From the human T2T-CHM13v2.0 reference genome, Homo sapiens: a stretch of 64,000 bases of DNA. Below are positions 41,338-57,406 of this stretch, in pieces (position 1 is the stretch's first letter; every line of letters starts with the position of its first letter). The position numbers and the translations under genes are program-made. The stretch lies in NCBI RefSeq assembly GCF_009914755.1, contig NC_060926.1; one strand, 5' to 3'. The notes beneath the pieces are model-generated. The model was given only the letters and a program-made list of their open reading frames with translations, searched no databases and was not told the DNA's origin.

Positions 41338-41840
41338 AATGAAGGAAATTTAATAAACCATTACCTGGACACTATTCAAAATACTCACCTATTATGCACT
41401 AGAATGATTTTACAGAGCCATCTTAATTTATCGTCCTTTGACAGGATATCTCAATACAAGTTTTTAATCTATGTAGTTTAATATTTTGTTTTGATGTTTC
41501 AGTTACCAACTGGGTTGCTTTGGTATACTCCTAAGAGGAAGGGCACCCTTGTTTCAGCTATGTTCCGGCAAAGTGTGAAGTTCAAGATCTTTCCAGAGGG
41601 GAGCATGGAATAAGAGTAAATCAGAGTTTGTGCCAGTCCTTTTACTTTTTAAGCCCAAATACCTTGTAAGTGCCCCTCTGTGACCATTTATCCATCTCAA
41701 ATTTGTATTTGTTTTTACCTGGTTTCTACTGCATACAAATACATGGGGGGTAGGAGAGTGGGGAGTGCCATGGAAGAAAGGAGAGCCTGTACTGTTTAGG
41801 AAGGCCCTGTCTCCTCATTTTGGTACTTGTTCTCCTCTAG

Positions 41841-42240
41841 AATGCCCTCCTTCAAGGCAGAGTGTATGTGTGTAAAAGGCAATTCTGTTCAATCGTCCAA
41901 GGTAAGGGAGGTTGTTGGGGCTTCTGGACTAGTTGTAGAATGTGCATGTACGCTTCATATCATCCCCTGTATCAGGTCTCAGTGCCAAACTGCTCCCCAT
42001 CTTTGCCTCCCCAGGTGACAATCCAGCTGCCTGATTCTTGAAGCCACTTGATTTTGGCAGGAGTGTGTGACTCCACCTCAACCCACTCCCCTTCCAAGAA
42101 ATAAAAATAACTCCACTGTGCTTGGGCTGTCACCAGTTCACCAGACTCCAGGGAAGCTCCTGTCTGTGATGTCGCATTCATTTCTGAATGCTGGCATTGT
42201 ACTTTGAAATTCCCAAACAAAATGCACAGAGAAACACCAG
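41841..42240 (+). ncRNA. Candidate pair of lncRNA-like exons (41841-41901 and 42015-42240), unverified
   Basis: CTTGTTCTCCTCTAG|, AAG|GTAAGG, CTCCCCATCTTTGCCTCCCCAG| and CAG|GTGAAT in the correct alternating order, with a 113-nt intron. Confidence 0.35.
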
Positions 42241-43156
42241 GTGAATAACAATGAAACCAGCAGCATTTATTTTTGTGCGTGGCAGTCTCAGCTACATTTT
42301 TGTAAAAGACCTTTTTGCCAAAATTAGTTTAGGTTTCAAGTCACGTTTCACCCTCAGTCAAATATAAAGGTCACTCAGTGAACAAAGGGGAGATTGTGTA
42401 TTCTTGGTGATCACAGATGAAGCTGGAAAGGCAGCCTCTTTCAAACAAAATGAGGTAGTTAAGTGGAAAATGAAGGCGGCGAATTCTATAGAGCAGCGCT
42501 CAACAACAAGGGATGCTGGCGTTTTTTTTCTTGACATAAACACAATAACACATAGAGAAAAGCCTAACAGAGAGGAGAGTGACCCAGGTGCTGTATAAAC
42601 AGATTTTCAGACAGGCAGTTGGAGCCCCGTGGTATGTTTAGTTTCTCCCACTCCCTGCTACTTTATCCTTTGTCAGATTCAATACAGCCTTCAAGGGCAC
42701 TGGAGGCAGAAGAAAGAGAAAAATGCCTGGGGAAGGGAAAAGGGGAGGGGGAGAAAACAGTCTCCTCTCCTAGCCTTTGTTAAAGAATAAAAGCGCAAAA
42801 CGTGTAAAAATCATTTACTCTCTACCCGACAGTGCCAACATGTTTGACACTGGTTTGCTAGAGCTTATAGAGAAACTCTGTTGACATTTTATTCACATAA
42901 GAGTTTTGAATTATATAAGGCTTTTTTGAGATGCGCTGTTGGATATAATCTGAATAGTCAAGCTTGGGGGGGGAGAAAAACCACATAACACCCAGTAACT
43001 CTTAAATGTTTATATAAATCCCAAAGTGGAAAGAAAGGATAAAATGGTAAGAACAAAAATATTTGCTTATTCTTAGACAGCAACCTAATACACCTGTGTC
43101 AAAAATAAAAATTACACTTTGAAAAGGACATGCAAATGCCCAACTTTTTCCCAGAG

Positions 43157-43181
43157 CTTCTCTCTTATCCTTTAGGTAAGG
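43157..43181 (+). promoter_or_regulatory. Recursive-splice-site-like motif
   Basis: CTTCTCTCTTATCCTTTAG|GTAAGG. Confidence 0.3.
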
Positions 43182-43279
43182 GAACTTAGGACTTAAATAT
43201 AATAAGCAAACACAGCGGGATTCAAGAGATTCTGTCCTTCTGCAGGTGATACATTTTGATACTTTATTTTCTTTTGACA

Positions 43280-43740
43280 AATGCACATATATTTTTAATT
43301 AAGTACATCTATTCATTGCAGTGAAATTAGAACGTACAGATAAAGAAAAAACAAACACGTCTAACCTTACTTTTCAGATAATCATAGTTAAAATTTTTCT
43401 ATATTTTAAATACTTTTTCTATGTGCATACAATATGCATAATACATACATACACATACTATAAAATTAAAATATTCAGTTTATGTTGTTTTGCAATCTGT
43501 TCAATAAAATATGTTGTATACTCATTTTTATGTCCTATAGTTACTTCATCATTTTTAATGGTTGCATAGTATTTCGTCATATGAATGGACCATAATATGC
43601 ATGAGAAATATTGTATTGTTGGATGTTTAATTGGTTTCTAAATTTTTTGATGTTGCTAATAATGTTGCAACAAATTCCATTATTTTCTTACGATAAGTCC
43701 TAGAAGTGAATTGCTGGGTGAAAATTCATATCTAATTGCT
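43280..43740 (-). mobile_element. L1ME4-type 3' end
   Basis: CATCATTTTTAATGGTTGCATAGTATTTCGTCATATGAATGGACCATAAT. Confidence 0.75.
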
Positions 43741-44349
43741 GGTGACTTGCTTGATTTTTTTCTATATATTCATAACATTTTAAAATTTATATTTTATATT
43801 TAAAGTTACACCAGAATATGTCTCTGTTATTGTTCTCATTCTCTTCTTTTGAAACTGAACATATAAACAAACAAATACACACATATATTTATTAACATAT
43901 ACGAGGTCAATAGAAGTAATAACTACATAGGCATATATAGATACATACACACTAGATATATTTATATGTATATGTGTGTGTAATCTGTGTGTATATATTA
44001 ATATATATACACATGTATGCACGTATACATTTGTATTCCAGTATGTTTACTTTTATCTCTTCACCTATCTCAGTCTGTCTCTATTTCTAACTTTATCTCT
44101 AATAAAAGAAAAATAATGACCAAACTAAAAGAAAGATATACTTTGATAAACATTGAATTTAAAGAATATTTTGAAAAATTTTATGAATGCATAAGTGAAA
44201 GAAAATAGGTTACCAAAGATCAAAACTATATTTTTTTTACCAAGCAAATTAACAAAAATTATTATTTTTAAGGATGTAAAGAAACAAGTGTGCATATATA
44301 TTTGGGGGTGTGTGTGTGTATGTATGTGTATGTACACATATATGTATAT

Positions 44350-45230
44350 ATTCTCTTCTGGATATTCGGTAATCTCCCTTACTGGCTTTAATCTCTAAAC
44401 TATCATAACAACACTTCTTCCAAATTATTGAATATCTTTTACTTATGTTCTAATTTGCTAAGTCAATTCCTGTAATATTTAATCTTCTGCTTACCAGCTC
44501 TCCTAAAATATTAAATTCTGCATTTATGTTATTCATCTCATAGCAATAATAATCAATATCCAATTTTCCTTGCTCCATGAGTTCTTGCTTTTGTTCTATT
44601 AATAGAAAGTTTTTTTGGAATGTGTATAAGAATATGAATTAAACATTTTTCAAAATTTACTTCTGTATTTGTAGTAGCTGAGCTTATTAGAAACGTTGTC
44701 ATTATTAAAATTGGTCTTTTTCTTTGGAACTGTTGAATCTTATCATATCCCTAATAATTTTATTTTTTCTTTGCTCATTCTGGCACAGTTTAGTACTTGA
44801 TTTTAAGTTTGGTTGCATCTATGATTGTATGGTTTGCGCTTTGAGTGTTGAAAGTCCAGATGAAGCAGAATAGATGATGTTTAGCTGTAGTTCAGTTATC
44901 CTTAGCTAGATCAGATTATCTGAATAGAAGGAGAGGAGAGGGTGATTGGACTATAGATGGTGGCTGCCCTGACAAAGAGCTTCACCTCTCTGTTCAGTGA
45001 TTACATTTCTGTGATTGTTGTGGCTTCTCTGAGGTAAGTTAGCTAGTTGAGTGCTCACAATTTTCTAACTGGAATGAAAATGCTTTTTAGGAGCCAGAAT
45101 GAGCAGTGCCTCTACATTTTCTACCTCTGCTGTTTGGGACAATTATAGTCAGGAGTGAGTATCAAGGATGGATCCTGACCTCATGTTGTTTTGGGTATCT
45201 ATAACTAACTCCTTCTAGATGTGCTCATAT
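44350..45230 (-). mobile_element. Old HAL1/L1M 5'-region fragment
   Basis: Degraded antisense ORF1-like, T-rich sequence. Confidence 0.4.
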
Positions 45231-45261
45231 GATTTAGGTTTTTAAAAATATATATGCTTTT

Positions 45262-45564
45262 CCTTTAAAAAAAATTTTTTTTGAGTCAGGGTCTCACTCT
45301 GTTGCCCAGACTAGAGTGCAGTGGTGTGATCATGGCTCACTGCAACCTTGACTTCCTGGACTCTGGTAATCCTCCCACCTCAGCCTCCAGAGTAGCTGGG
45401 ACCACAAACACACCCACGACACCGAGATAATTTTTGTATTTTTTGTAGAGACGAGGTTTCACTCATGTTGCCCAAGATGGTCTCAAACTCCTGGGCTCGA
45501 GCAATCCACTCACCTCGGCCTCCCAAGGTGTTGGGATTACAGGCATGAGCCACTGCACCCAATC
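45262..45564 (-). mobile_element. AluJb
   Basis: Antisense Alu with CAGGGTCTCACTCT and CTCCTGGGCTCGAGCAATCC. Degenerate TSD AATATATA..CTTTT. Confidence 0.9.
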
Positions 45565-45569
45565 AATAT

Positions 45570-45810
45570 ATACTTTTAATTTCTGAATAATGTTAAGTTT
45601 ACAAAAATTGTAAGACTAGTAATAGGGAGTTCTTGTATACTCTTCACATAGCTTCCCCTAATGTTAACATTATACCTAACTATGGTACATTCATCACAGC
45701 CAAAAAATTGACATTGGTATGATTCAGACTTTGTTTGAATGTTATTGTCATTTCTACTGATGCCCTTTTTCTTTTCCAGGATCCAATTCATAATACCACA
45801 TTGCATTTAG
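45570..45810 (-). mobile_element. L1MB8/L1MC-type 3' end
   Basis: CTTCCCCTAATGTTAACATT...TTCCAGGATCCAATTCA...CCACATTGCATTTAG. Confidence 0.8.
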
Positions 45811-45815
45811 ATACA

Positions 45816-46261
45816 CAGCTAATCCTCGAACAATAGGGGAGTTAGGGATGTTGACTCCCCGCTCAGTAAAAAATTTGTGCAAAACTTTTGACTTTTCATA
45901 AACTTAACTATTAATAGCCCACTGTTGCCTGGAAGCCTTACCAATAACATAAATAGTCAATTAACACATATTTTATATGTTATATGTGTTATATCCTGTA
46001 TTCTTATGATATAGTAAGCTAGAGAAAAGGAAATGTCATTAAGAAAATCATAAGGAAGAGAAAAATTACTATTCATTCAGCAGAAGTGGATTATTATCAA
46101 GATAATAGTCTTTATCTTCATTGTCTTCACATTGAGTAGGCAGAGGAAGAGGAGAAAGAGGAAGGGTTGTTTTTGCTATCTCAGCAGTGGCAGAAGCAGA
46201 AGAAAATGTACATATAAATGGACCCACACAGTTCAAAGTTAGGTTGCTCAAGGGTCAATTG
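45816..46261 (-). mobile_element. Tigger2a DNA transposon MITE
   Basis: TIRs CAGCTAATCCTCGAACAA and TTGCTCAAGGGTCAATTG+TA. About 446 bp. Confidence 0.88.
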
Positions 46262-48382
46262 TAATTGAGTTTGACCACTTAGAAAAGGCCACCAAGCATT
46301 TTCTCTTTTCACTACTTTATGGAAAGTCACTTGAGCATGATTTCCAAGCTGGTGTCTTCTTTTGAAGTGAATTTGGTTTGACTCTTCTCTGACTTTAGTC
46401 CCTTTTTATGTTTATTTATTTTTATAGAAATTTTCTGAAGTTTCTTGGGAATGTATAGGCCTTTCTCCATTTTCCAAGGATAATACAGATTATTTTCTGT
46501 TTCTATTCCTCTTTTTCAAAAATGCCCTTTCTTTAGGGACATTTAAACTCAGAGGCTTACATAATTATCTTTAGCCAGAAGAACTAAATGTGTCTTTCAA
46601 ATCCATTTTCATTTGTGACTACCAAATTAGCAATTTTGTAATATATGAAATGCATTATGTATGCTGGAATCTGGAATGGAGTCACTGGATAACTTATTTC
46701 TTTTCATATTCAAATGTTCTAAGCTCAAACAGAAAGTTATTTTAACAGAAGAGCCCATACTGCTGCAAATCCATTCTGAAGGAGGAATTCTGAGGCTTCA
46801 AATCTAAGTCCACCTTTATTTGCTCAAATCTTCCAATGCCCTGTCTCTCAAGACACATAAAGAATTTTTAATATTTGATCACAATTCATCGTTTCATTTA
46901 TTATGTTGTAAAGTTCATGGATCCCTTCAAAACCTGATACAAGTGTCTTTCTCCAACATGCATGTGGCTAAGTCATTGTAGTTATTTATGGTTGCTATGA
47001 GTCACGGAGTTGAAGCAGATCTATGTTCTACTTTGTGTTGCCTTTCATTATGTTTTCAGATGGGTGCCTAGTATGGTCATTGATTTCCTCACACACTCTC
47101 AGAAGATAAAGTGTCCATCTTTAAATTTGGCATGCTTATTCTATCACAGACTTCTGAATAGAAACCTAGCAGAAACACGTGCAGGCACAGAACCCTCATG
47201 TTTCTTTGGGTTAGTTCCATTCTATGTGAGTTCACTTCCTATCAACCACAGTATAGTGGTTAAGGGGTTGGATTTAGGATCAGCATTGTTCTCATTTTGT
47301 GTTTCTTCCTTCTCTCTGGGAATATGTACTCTGATTTGGCTACAACCTTTCAGACAATTTCTCTTTATATTAAAGTCCATTAAATTATAAACACATTAGA
47401 TTTCCCAATCTATTGTTGCGTTCAGGAAAGACTAATGTGGTTTCCAATGAGAATTAATGTATAAGTGACTCCTAGGGTATATCCTGAACAGAGGTGGGCT
47501 CTCAGGAGATTATGAATTAATTTTTAATAAACCTTGCAAAGTGTCTCAGGGCTGATTCAATTGGTGTTTGTGTTCATGCAGCATCCAGCAAACACAGTAA
47601 CACAAGCAGTCCTAAAAACCCAAACACTCAACCTTTCCCTAAAGAAACATAAAGGTTCCCAAAACACAAGGAACACTGAAAATATCCTGGAGGAAAAGAT
47701 GAGCTTTGAGGAATTGCCAAAATCCTGCTCTCATTCTTCTTTCAGGCAGGTCAAGACTTATACAAACCAAGCCCTCTCATTGGAATCTTGCATTTGCATC
47801 CTACTTTTTTTTTCTTTATCTAACAGGAGGCATCTCCCACCCCTCTGTGATTGGATGTTCTGTTACTGAACATCCCCATTTCACCTCTGGAAATCTTATT
47901 ACAGGGTCTTTCAACATTCTTCATTTTATTCTTTTAAAAGACAAACTGCATTTAGTAGTCTTAGTATATTCCTGGACATAGTAATTTTTTCCCTATGTTT
48001 TGGGATTAAATACTACTTTCTTTTCCCAGATTTCTGGTCCTTTGAAGAAAAGAATCCTGCAAAGGTTAAAATCTACACTCAGAAACACACAGACAAGTTT
48101 TCCTCTGTGGAAGATTTTAGTAAGCAGAAGGGGCCATAAAGGGTAACAGCCAGAGATTCCCTGAATCAAGATCAAGGGATTCCCTGAAATGGTTTCTCTT
48201 TGGAATTAAACAACAGTTCACATCAGATCAATGATAGATGAATTGTTTCTGGACATTGAATGTTCATAGATAAATTTCTCACATGACTTCAGTTTTTTTT
48301 TTAGCGGATCGTGGGAAAGATACCCTTATCTCAATTTAGCACTCATAAATATTTTGAAAGATAAAATTGTAAATATAAAATA

Positions 48383-48752
48383 TAACTGGTACATTAAAGA
48401 TGACTGCAACTTCTTTGCTACATACACTTCTATTAAGAAGTGGAATCAACTTGTCTTCCCCTTGAATCTGGGCTAAACTTTGTGATTTGCTTGATTAATA
48501 AGACATGATGGAAAGGCTATTCTGGAATTTCTGAGGCTGAGTTCAAGGCTCCAGAAACATGAGTGAAAAAGCTGGACTGGAAGGGGATCCTCCAGCCTCA
48601 GTTGCCTCAGTGGATGTCATATAAATTGGACATCATCTACCCAGAAGAGTCACTCTTGAATTCCTTAGCCACAAAACTGTGACCGAAATAAAATTGTTGT
48701 TTCAAGCCCCTACAAGTTTGTGGTGGTTACCTATAGACAATAAATGGAAACT
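48383..48752 (+). mobile_element. MLT1H-type LTR, internally deleted
   Basis: ATTAAAGATGACTGCAACTTCTTTG...CCCCTTGAATCTGGGCT...AAATTGTTGTTTCAAGCC. Confidence 0.75.
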
Positions 48753-50091
48753 GTAACCAAATAAAATACAAAAAAATTATGCATAGATATTTAATGCACT
48801 GAACCAATCATAATAAGTTCACAGTTTGTAGAAACTCATTTTTTTTAATGCTGTCACTCACATCACTTAGGATCAAAGCACAAAATTTAGTTAAAACCCA
48901 GATTGGAAATCCTTGTCCTTCAGAGAACATCACAAAGTGCAGCTGCAATCTTGACTGGAAATTGTGTGCTCAGCCAGTATATCTATAGGCGAGGTTTACA
49001 CTCATGTTACATTTAGATGTCACCCAAAATTGCAGTGAAGTATTCCTAGTGAAGCATGACATAATCTCAGATATATTGGCCGAGCATAATGAAACACCAA
49101 AATTACAACCTGACTATTATTTAGCCTTTCTTTATCAAATCCATTGCAGTGTATGTACATATAGTCATATAGGTAGCATACTATGCTGAAATTCCAACCC
49201 TTAGATTTTAAGGCACCTGTATGCTTTCCTCTAAGAACATATATTTAGTAATAAAAAATTTTTCTACTTTGTAAATGAACATGAGCAAAGAAATCCCTTA
49301 AAGAGCATAAAAGAGGAATTATTTAAATGTTACACTATTCAAAACTCCAAATTTAATTGCATTATTTCTTCTGTTGTTTTATACTTTTTGCTACAACATA
49401 GAGCAGAGCCAATTTTAAACAGTCACTGAAAAAGTATGTAACAATTAGTCTTCAATTTCCATTATGCAATGCTGTTTTACTGTGCTTTAAAGGAGCATGA
49501 TCCTCCCTGTGACTTTTTGAAAGTATTTAACTGCTGCCTTGACTGGCTAGGGAAGAAACACCCACTTACGGGCAAACAGGTCAAAAGAAGTAGATTGCTA
49601 TTTTTTTGCTCTCCTCTAAGCGCAGAGAAAATACCAGGAAATAGCTAGGTCTCAAACCACCTATTTATGCTTTGACAATTTACTTTAGTTATGGCTTTGA
49701 AAAATTTAGATTCCCAATCCCCCCACCCAATTTAGATCTCTGCTAGCAGAAGTTCCAGCCATCCTACAGCACTCATCCATCTCAGCCCTCAAGTTCTTGT
49801 GGTTGAAGGAGTTACGTCAGTTGGAAATTTTGCTCATCTTTTGATATTTGTCAGAAGGCTGTTTATTCCCTTTTGAGTAGGTAAGAAAAAATAGCACTTA
49901 TACAAAAAGATAATTATAGATTAAATTATAGACATTTAAAAGTCTTCTGATACTGTATTGTTTGCGGAGAGAAATGTGTGTTAGAATTAATAGGAGAACA
50001 AGGCATATTCTGAATGATAATCATGGGCATGCCTTGGGAAATCACTGCGTCTGTGTGTGTGTATGTGTGTGTGTATTTGTGTGTGGGCATA

Positions 50092-50905
<814 letters not shown>

Positions 50906-51848
50906 GATGGGTATATTGAAGAGGCAGGTTCAGTTGCATTGGGAAATCAAGCATCACAATGTGGGCTAACTGTAGAAGCGGGTGCAGTGGGGATGACCTC
51001 TTCTTTCTCTCTTTGGCTCCTAGACCAGAGTTGGAGGCATGCCTCAGACATTGCATCAAGAGGACATTGAAGTTATCAGACTCTGTGGGATTCACTGGTA
51101 TAATACCAACCTGATGAGGCAGCAATACAAAAACAGAATAAACTCTTGGACAGAGCTGGTCCCTCAGGTTCACTAGACTTACTGGAATAAAGCTAGGAAA
51201 CTTTGGAAGAAAAAAGAAAAAATTCACATTTTAGCAAGTTTGAATTCAGAGATGTAAAAAATATTTTAAAAAGACATCTGAAAATATTTGATAAACCAAG
51301 TTGGCAAAGGAAGATAGTTGGTTGTCATCATCTTCCAAAGTCCTTGTGCCTGTGTCATTTGTTCGCATATCTGATTACTAGCCAGAAACCTGTGTTTTCC
51401 TGAATATTGAACTTCTAATAGCAATTTATATTCAGTCACCAAGTTTTCTTTTTTAGCTAGATCTTTAGTAAAACATATGGTATTTGAAAGCACATAGAAA
51501 ACAGTACATCTAACACTGCATGTGTGTATATTAGTGTGTGTATATATTTATGTTTGTATATGTTTGTGTGTGTGTTGTAGGAATACATATATTTAAGACA
51601 TTAATGCCGATACCAGTGTAGATACAGAATAAAAATTTCTGGAATTTTTTTTTTTTTTTTTACAAATTCTCAGTTTTCTTTAACCTTTTTGTCCACAGGC
51701 AATATATTATTGTAATAATTAAAATTATGTAGATTCCTGGTTAGGGCTCCCCAGCTCCCAAACCCCAAAGTTTGCTGTGAACACTACCAGGCATTACTTG
51801 TTTTACCCAATCACTGCTTCTATTATTGAAGGAGACATCTAAATTTGT

Positions 51849-52012
51849 TTTGTTGTCGTTGTTTCTTTTGTTTTTTATTATACTTAAAGTTCTAAGATAC
51901 ATGTGTACAATGTGCATGTTTGTTACATAGGTATACTTGTGCCATGTTGGTTTGCTGCACCCATCAACTTAGCATTTACATTAGGTATTTCTCCTAATGC
52001 TATCCCTCCCCC
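51849..52012 (-). mobile_element. Very short L1PA7-type 3'UTR insertion
   Basis: GCTGCACCCATCAACT..CATTTACATTAGGTATTTCTCCTAATGCTATCCCTCCCCC. TSD AGACATCTAAATTTGT at 51833-51848 and 52013-52028. Confidence 0.9.
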
Positions 52013-53459
52013 AGACATCTAAATTTGTAAGCAAATAAGCCATCGAAGTAACTCCTAAACACATATCTTTGTATTTGGCTAAACACAATCATAAAATTTC
52101 ATTTGTAGTCTTCTTTTCAAAGGACAGAATCTTCATCCTCGATATTCTAACCCCAATTTAAAGACAAAAATTATATGAATATTTAGAGAAAATTTTATAT
52201 TTGCAGAGTCCCTGATATTAGCAATTCTCTGAAAATTTAGCTTTTACTTTGCCTGCTTTTTACATGGGTAGTATACAATTTTTTATAGTTTTCTTCTTCC
52301 CTCAGGTCCAGAGACACATTCCTTCCTAAGCTGGGTTGGGGAGGGGTACTCAGTGGTAATCCTAAAGCAATCATAAGGAGAGTGAGTGTTCTACAAAGAA
52401 GTAAGGATATATAATATTTTTGCTGCTTGATTTTGTAAATTTTATGAGTCAACTTCAAATCTCTAAAGTGGATACATATATCTTTTCTAATGTGATGTTG
52501 TTCAATTTCATAGTAATTGACAGCACCATTTCTTTGTGGTTAATCCCTTATGTTAAATCACCATCTTCCACAAGGCAATAGGTCTCTATGGCAACCCACA
52601 AGCTCCCACTGTGAGAACTGTATCTCACCCAGTATGGCCAGAGGATCATTTCGTTCCACTTGGCTTCAGAAAATTTGCTCATACAATTTCCTTCATCCCT
52701 TCATCTATGAAGATCCTCTACTCACGCCGAGCCTCTCACCCATGGGCCTTTGCTGGGACTTAACCTTTTTTTTTTTCTATAAAGAGATAAGGAAAAACAT
52801 CACTCAGTCTCAGAGCCATTTCAAAGTATTTTTCTAACTCTATTTTTGTTTCCAGATTTGCATTCTATGTTCTTCTTTTACCTATGCTAGGTCAAATGGA
52901 TTGAATTTAGTTACTTTCTTCTAGATTACTCTTGCTGGGGAGGGGTTTTAGGATGCTTCTATCCTTTTCGTGTTGCCGGGTTGTTAGTTCTCAGAAGTGA
53001 CTACTGGACTCAACTATTTGTATAGTTGGTAGTAATTAAAATAGAAAGGTGTATAAATAGAGTCCAGAGCAGAAATCATCTCACACAATTCCTAAGTCCA
53101 CATTTATCGTGTGATGCCCTCAAGATTGCAGCTTCTGTGATGTTTACATGAGACTCCTGTTATTCAATTGCATATTAACAGTTCAGCAAATGCGGTGGGT
53201 CATTTTAAAATTGCTTGCTACGTAATTTCTTAGTAGACCATTTCCTTGAATTAAATCTATTGTATCTGGAGCAAAATGTAATTTTTCCTACTCCCTATGT
53301 TGCCTGCACAGTGCCAATTTCAACATACAAACTCATGCTCTTATAATAATGTTAGTATATAGAACTAACAAATTCTATAATGATTTGCCTATTGGCTTAA
53401 GGGGTGCCAGAAACTATTTTAGAGTTTGTAGGTTGCCTAAGAATACCCTAAAGATGCTG

Positions 53460-53576
53460 CATCGTTATGGGAGTGTGGGGTTATTTTTAAGGAGTTAATA
53501 CGTATAAGAGCTAAGAACTCCGGAAACATAATGGGAACTCAAGAGATATTAACTACTATTATTATTATTATTGTTA
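53460..53576 (+). mobile_element. MIR 3' end
   Basis: GAGTTAATACGTATAAGAGCT...ACATAATGGGAACTCAAGAGATATTAACTACTATTATT. Confidence 0.7.
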
Positions 53577-54989
53577 CAGCTATATCAGATTCTCTGATTG
53601 GTGCCAAAGGTGGTGGTTAATTTTTCTCATCCTTCCGTGTAGCTGTTCATTTTTATTTTTGGTATGCAAATACTGAAACATATTTCTCAACAGGAGCCAA
53701 AACCCATCAAGTATACACAGACTTAGAGTCAAATTTGCACTCTATCCCTTTGTCAGAACTGCCTGTATGAGAATACATTAAAATCCTGGAGAATAACATA
53801 ATGGTACGGATAAATCATTAAGTATTAAACAATACTTCTGTGTGGAAAGGTACATAGGAAACGGAGAGAAAAAATTAAATGTCACTTTGTATTCAGTGAG
53901 CTTAAGGACTCCCTCCTACTCTGAATTTCCTTATGCATTTTACAGAACAGCAGAGATTAAATATTCACTGAATTGAAGACAAATATTAGAGCTGCCAAAT
54001 GAAATTTCATGGCATATTTGTGAATACATTTAGTTAGTAAGCCTTGATTCAGAAATATTTTGTGGGTATGCTATAAAAGGACTTCGAGAGTCAGAAGCTC
54101 AAAATTTACTTCAAAAATTTAGATAACTGAAATTGGACATCTATTAACCCCTAATAATGTGTCAGACATAATATATATATGAATACGTATGATGTATATA
54201 TAATATGTGCTACAGAAAATTACATGTACACAAATAAAGGGCACAATCACCTAATTTCCTTTCTTGAAGGCTTTAACAAGTTTTCTATTTATGAGGCAAA
54301 ATCCCAGAAATGTTACATAACAAGTCCTGGACAAGCTCTCAGCTGTTTACAGCAGTAAGCACTGCTATAAATGACATCTCTAAAGCAATTCTGAATCCTG
54401 CAGCTCAAAGGGCAGAGAGCCCTGGAACATTTTCCAAACTTGAAGCTGGGTATTGCTTCACAAGGTATGCCTTCCTAATGAGAGTGTTCAACCTAAGCTT
54501 TTATGAAAATTATTCCAATTAATAGTCTCATATGATGGATATGGGATTGTGGTTATGAATTTCCATTTCAGTTCACTTTATGCAAGAGCAATCATCCTTA
54601 AAGGCTCATAATTTCTTTTAATTGGATATTTCATTACCAGACAAGGGTACAGAGAGCAAAACTAATTTTCCTTGCCTTTTATTTCGCCCACTTTATTTGG
54701 GAGTAAGCGCTTATGATACAGGCCTAAGAAGCAATCATTATTCCTGCTTCTGAAATTAATTTGCTGAACAATGGATTGCACATTATTTTATGTTCTATGC
54801 CTCAGTTTCTCTTTTTGCAAAATGGATTGTTGACAGTTAAACTTCAAAAATAAAAAATGGTACATTAAAGTGAACAAAATCTTCCCCTTTTAGGTTCTAA
54901 ATATATTGCCATTCTCATTAAGAAAACCTATGCACACTTTACTTCCTTTATCTCCCTTTCATGTTCAAGCCTGGCTGCATTTTTCTCAG

Positions 54990-55123
54990 GAAAGTTTAGG
55001 ATGGTGGAAAGAGTAGCTGATTAGGATTAGATGATGTTCAAATTAGTACTGGTTCTCTCATTTACTTGGCCACACAACCTTGACACCATCACAGAACTGT
55101 TTTAAGACTTGATTTCCTCATTT
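54990..55123 (+). mobile_element. MIR 5' half; the 3' half appears at ~57407-57512
   Basis: GATGGTGGAAAGAG...CAACCTTGAC...GATTTCCTCATTTG core. Confidence 0.65.
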
Positions 55124-55124
55124 G

Positions 55125-57406
<2,282 letters not shown>

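Noticed and set aside
43855-44350. TA/CA/TG-rich stretches with ORFs
   Set aside because: Low-complexity degenerate microsatellites.
52280-53450. Possible old LTR fragments
   Set aside because: Similarity too faint to name or bound without a search.
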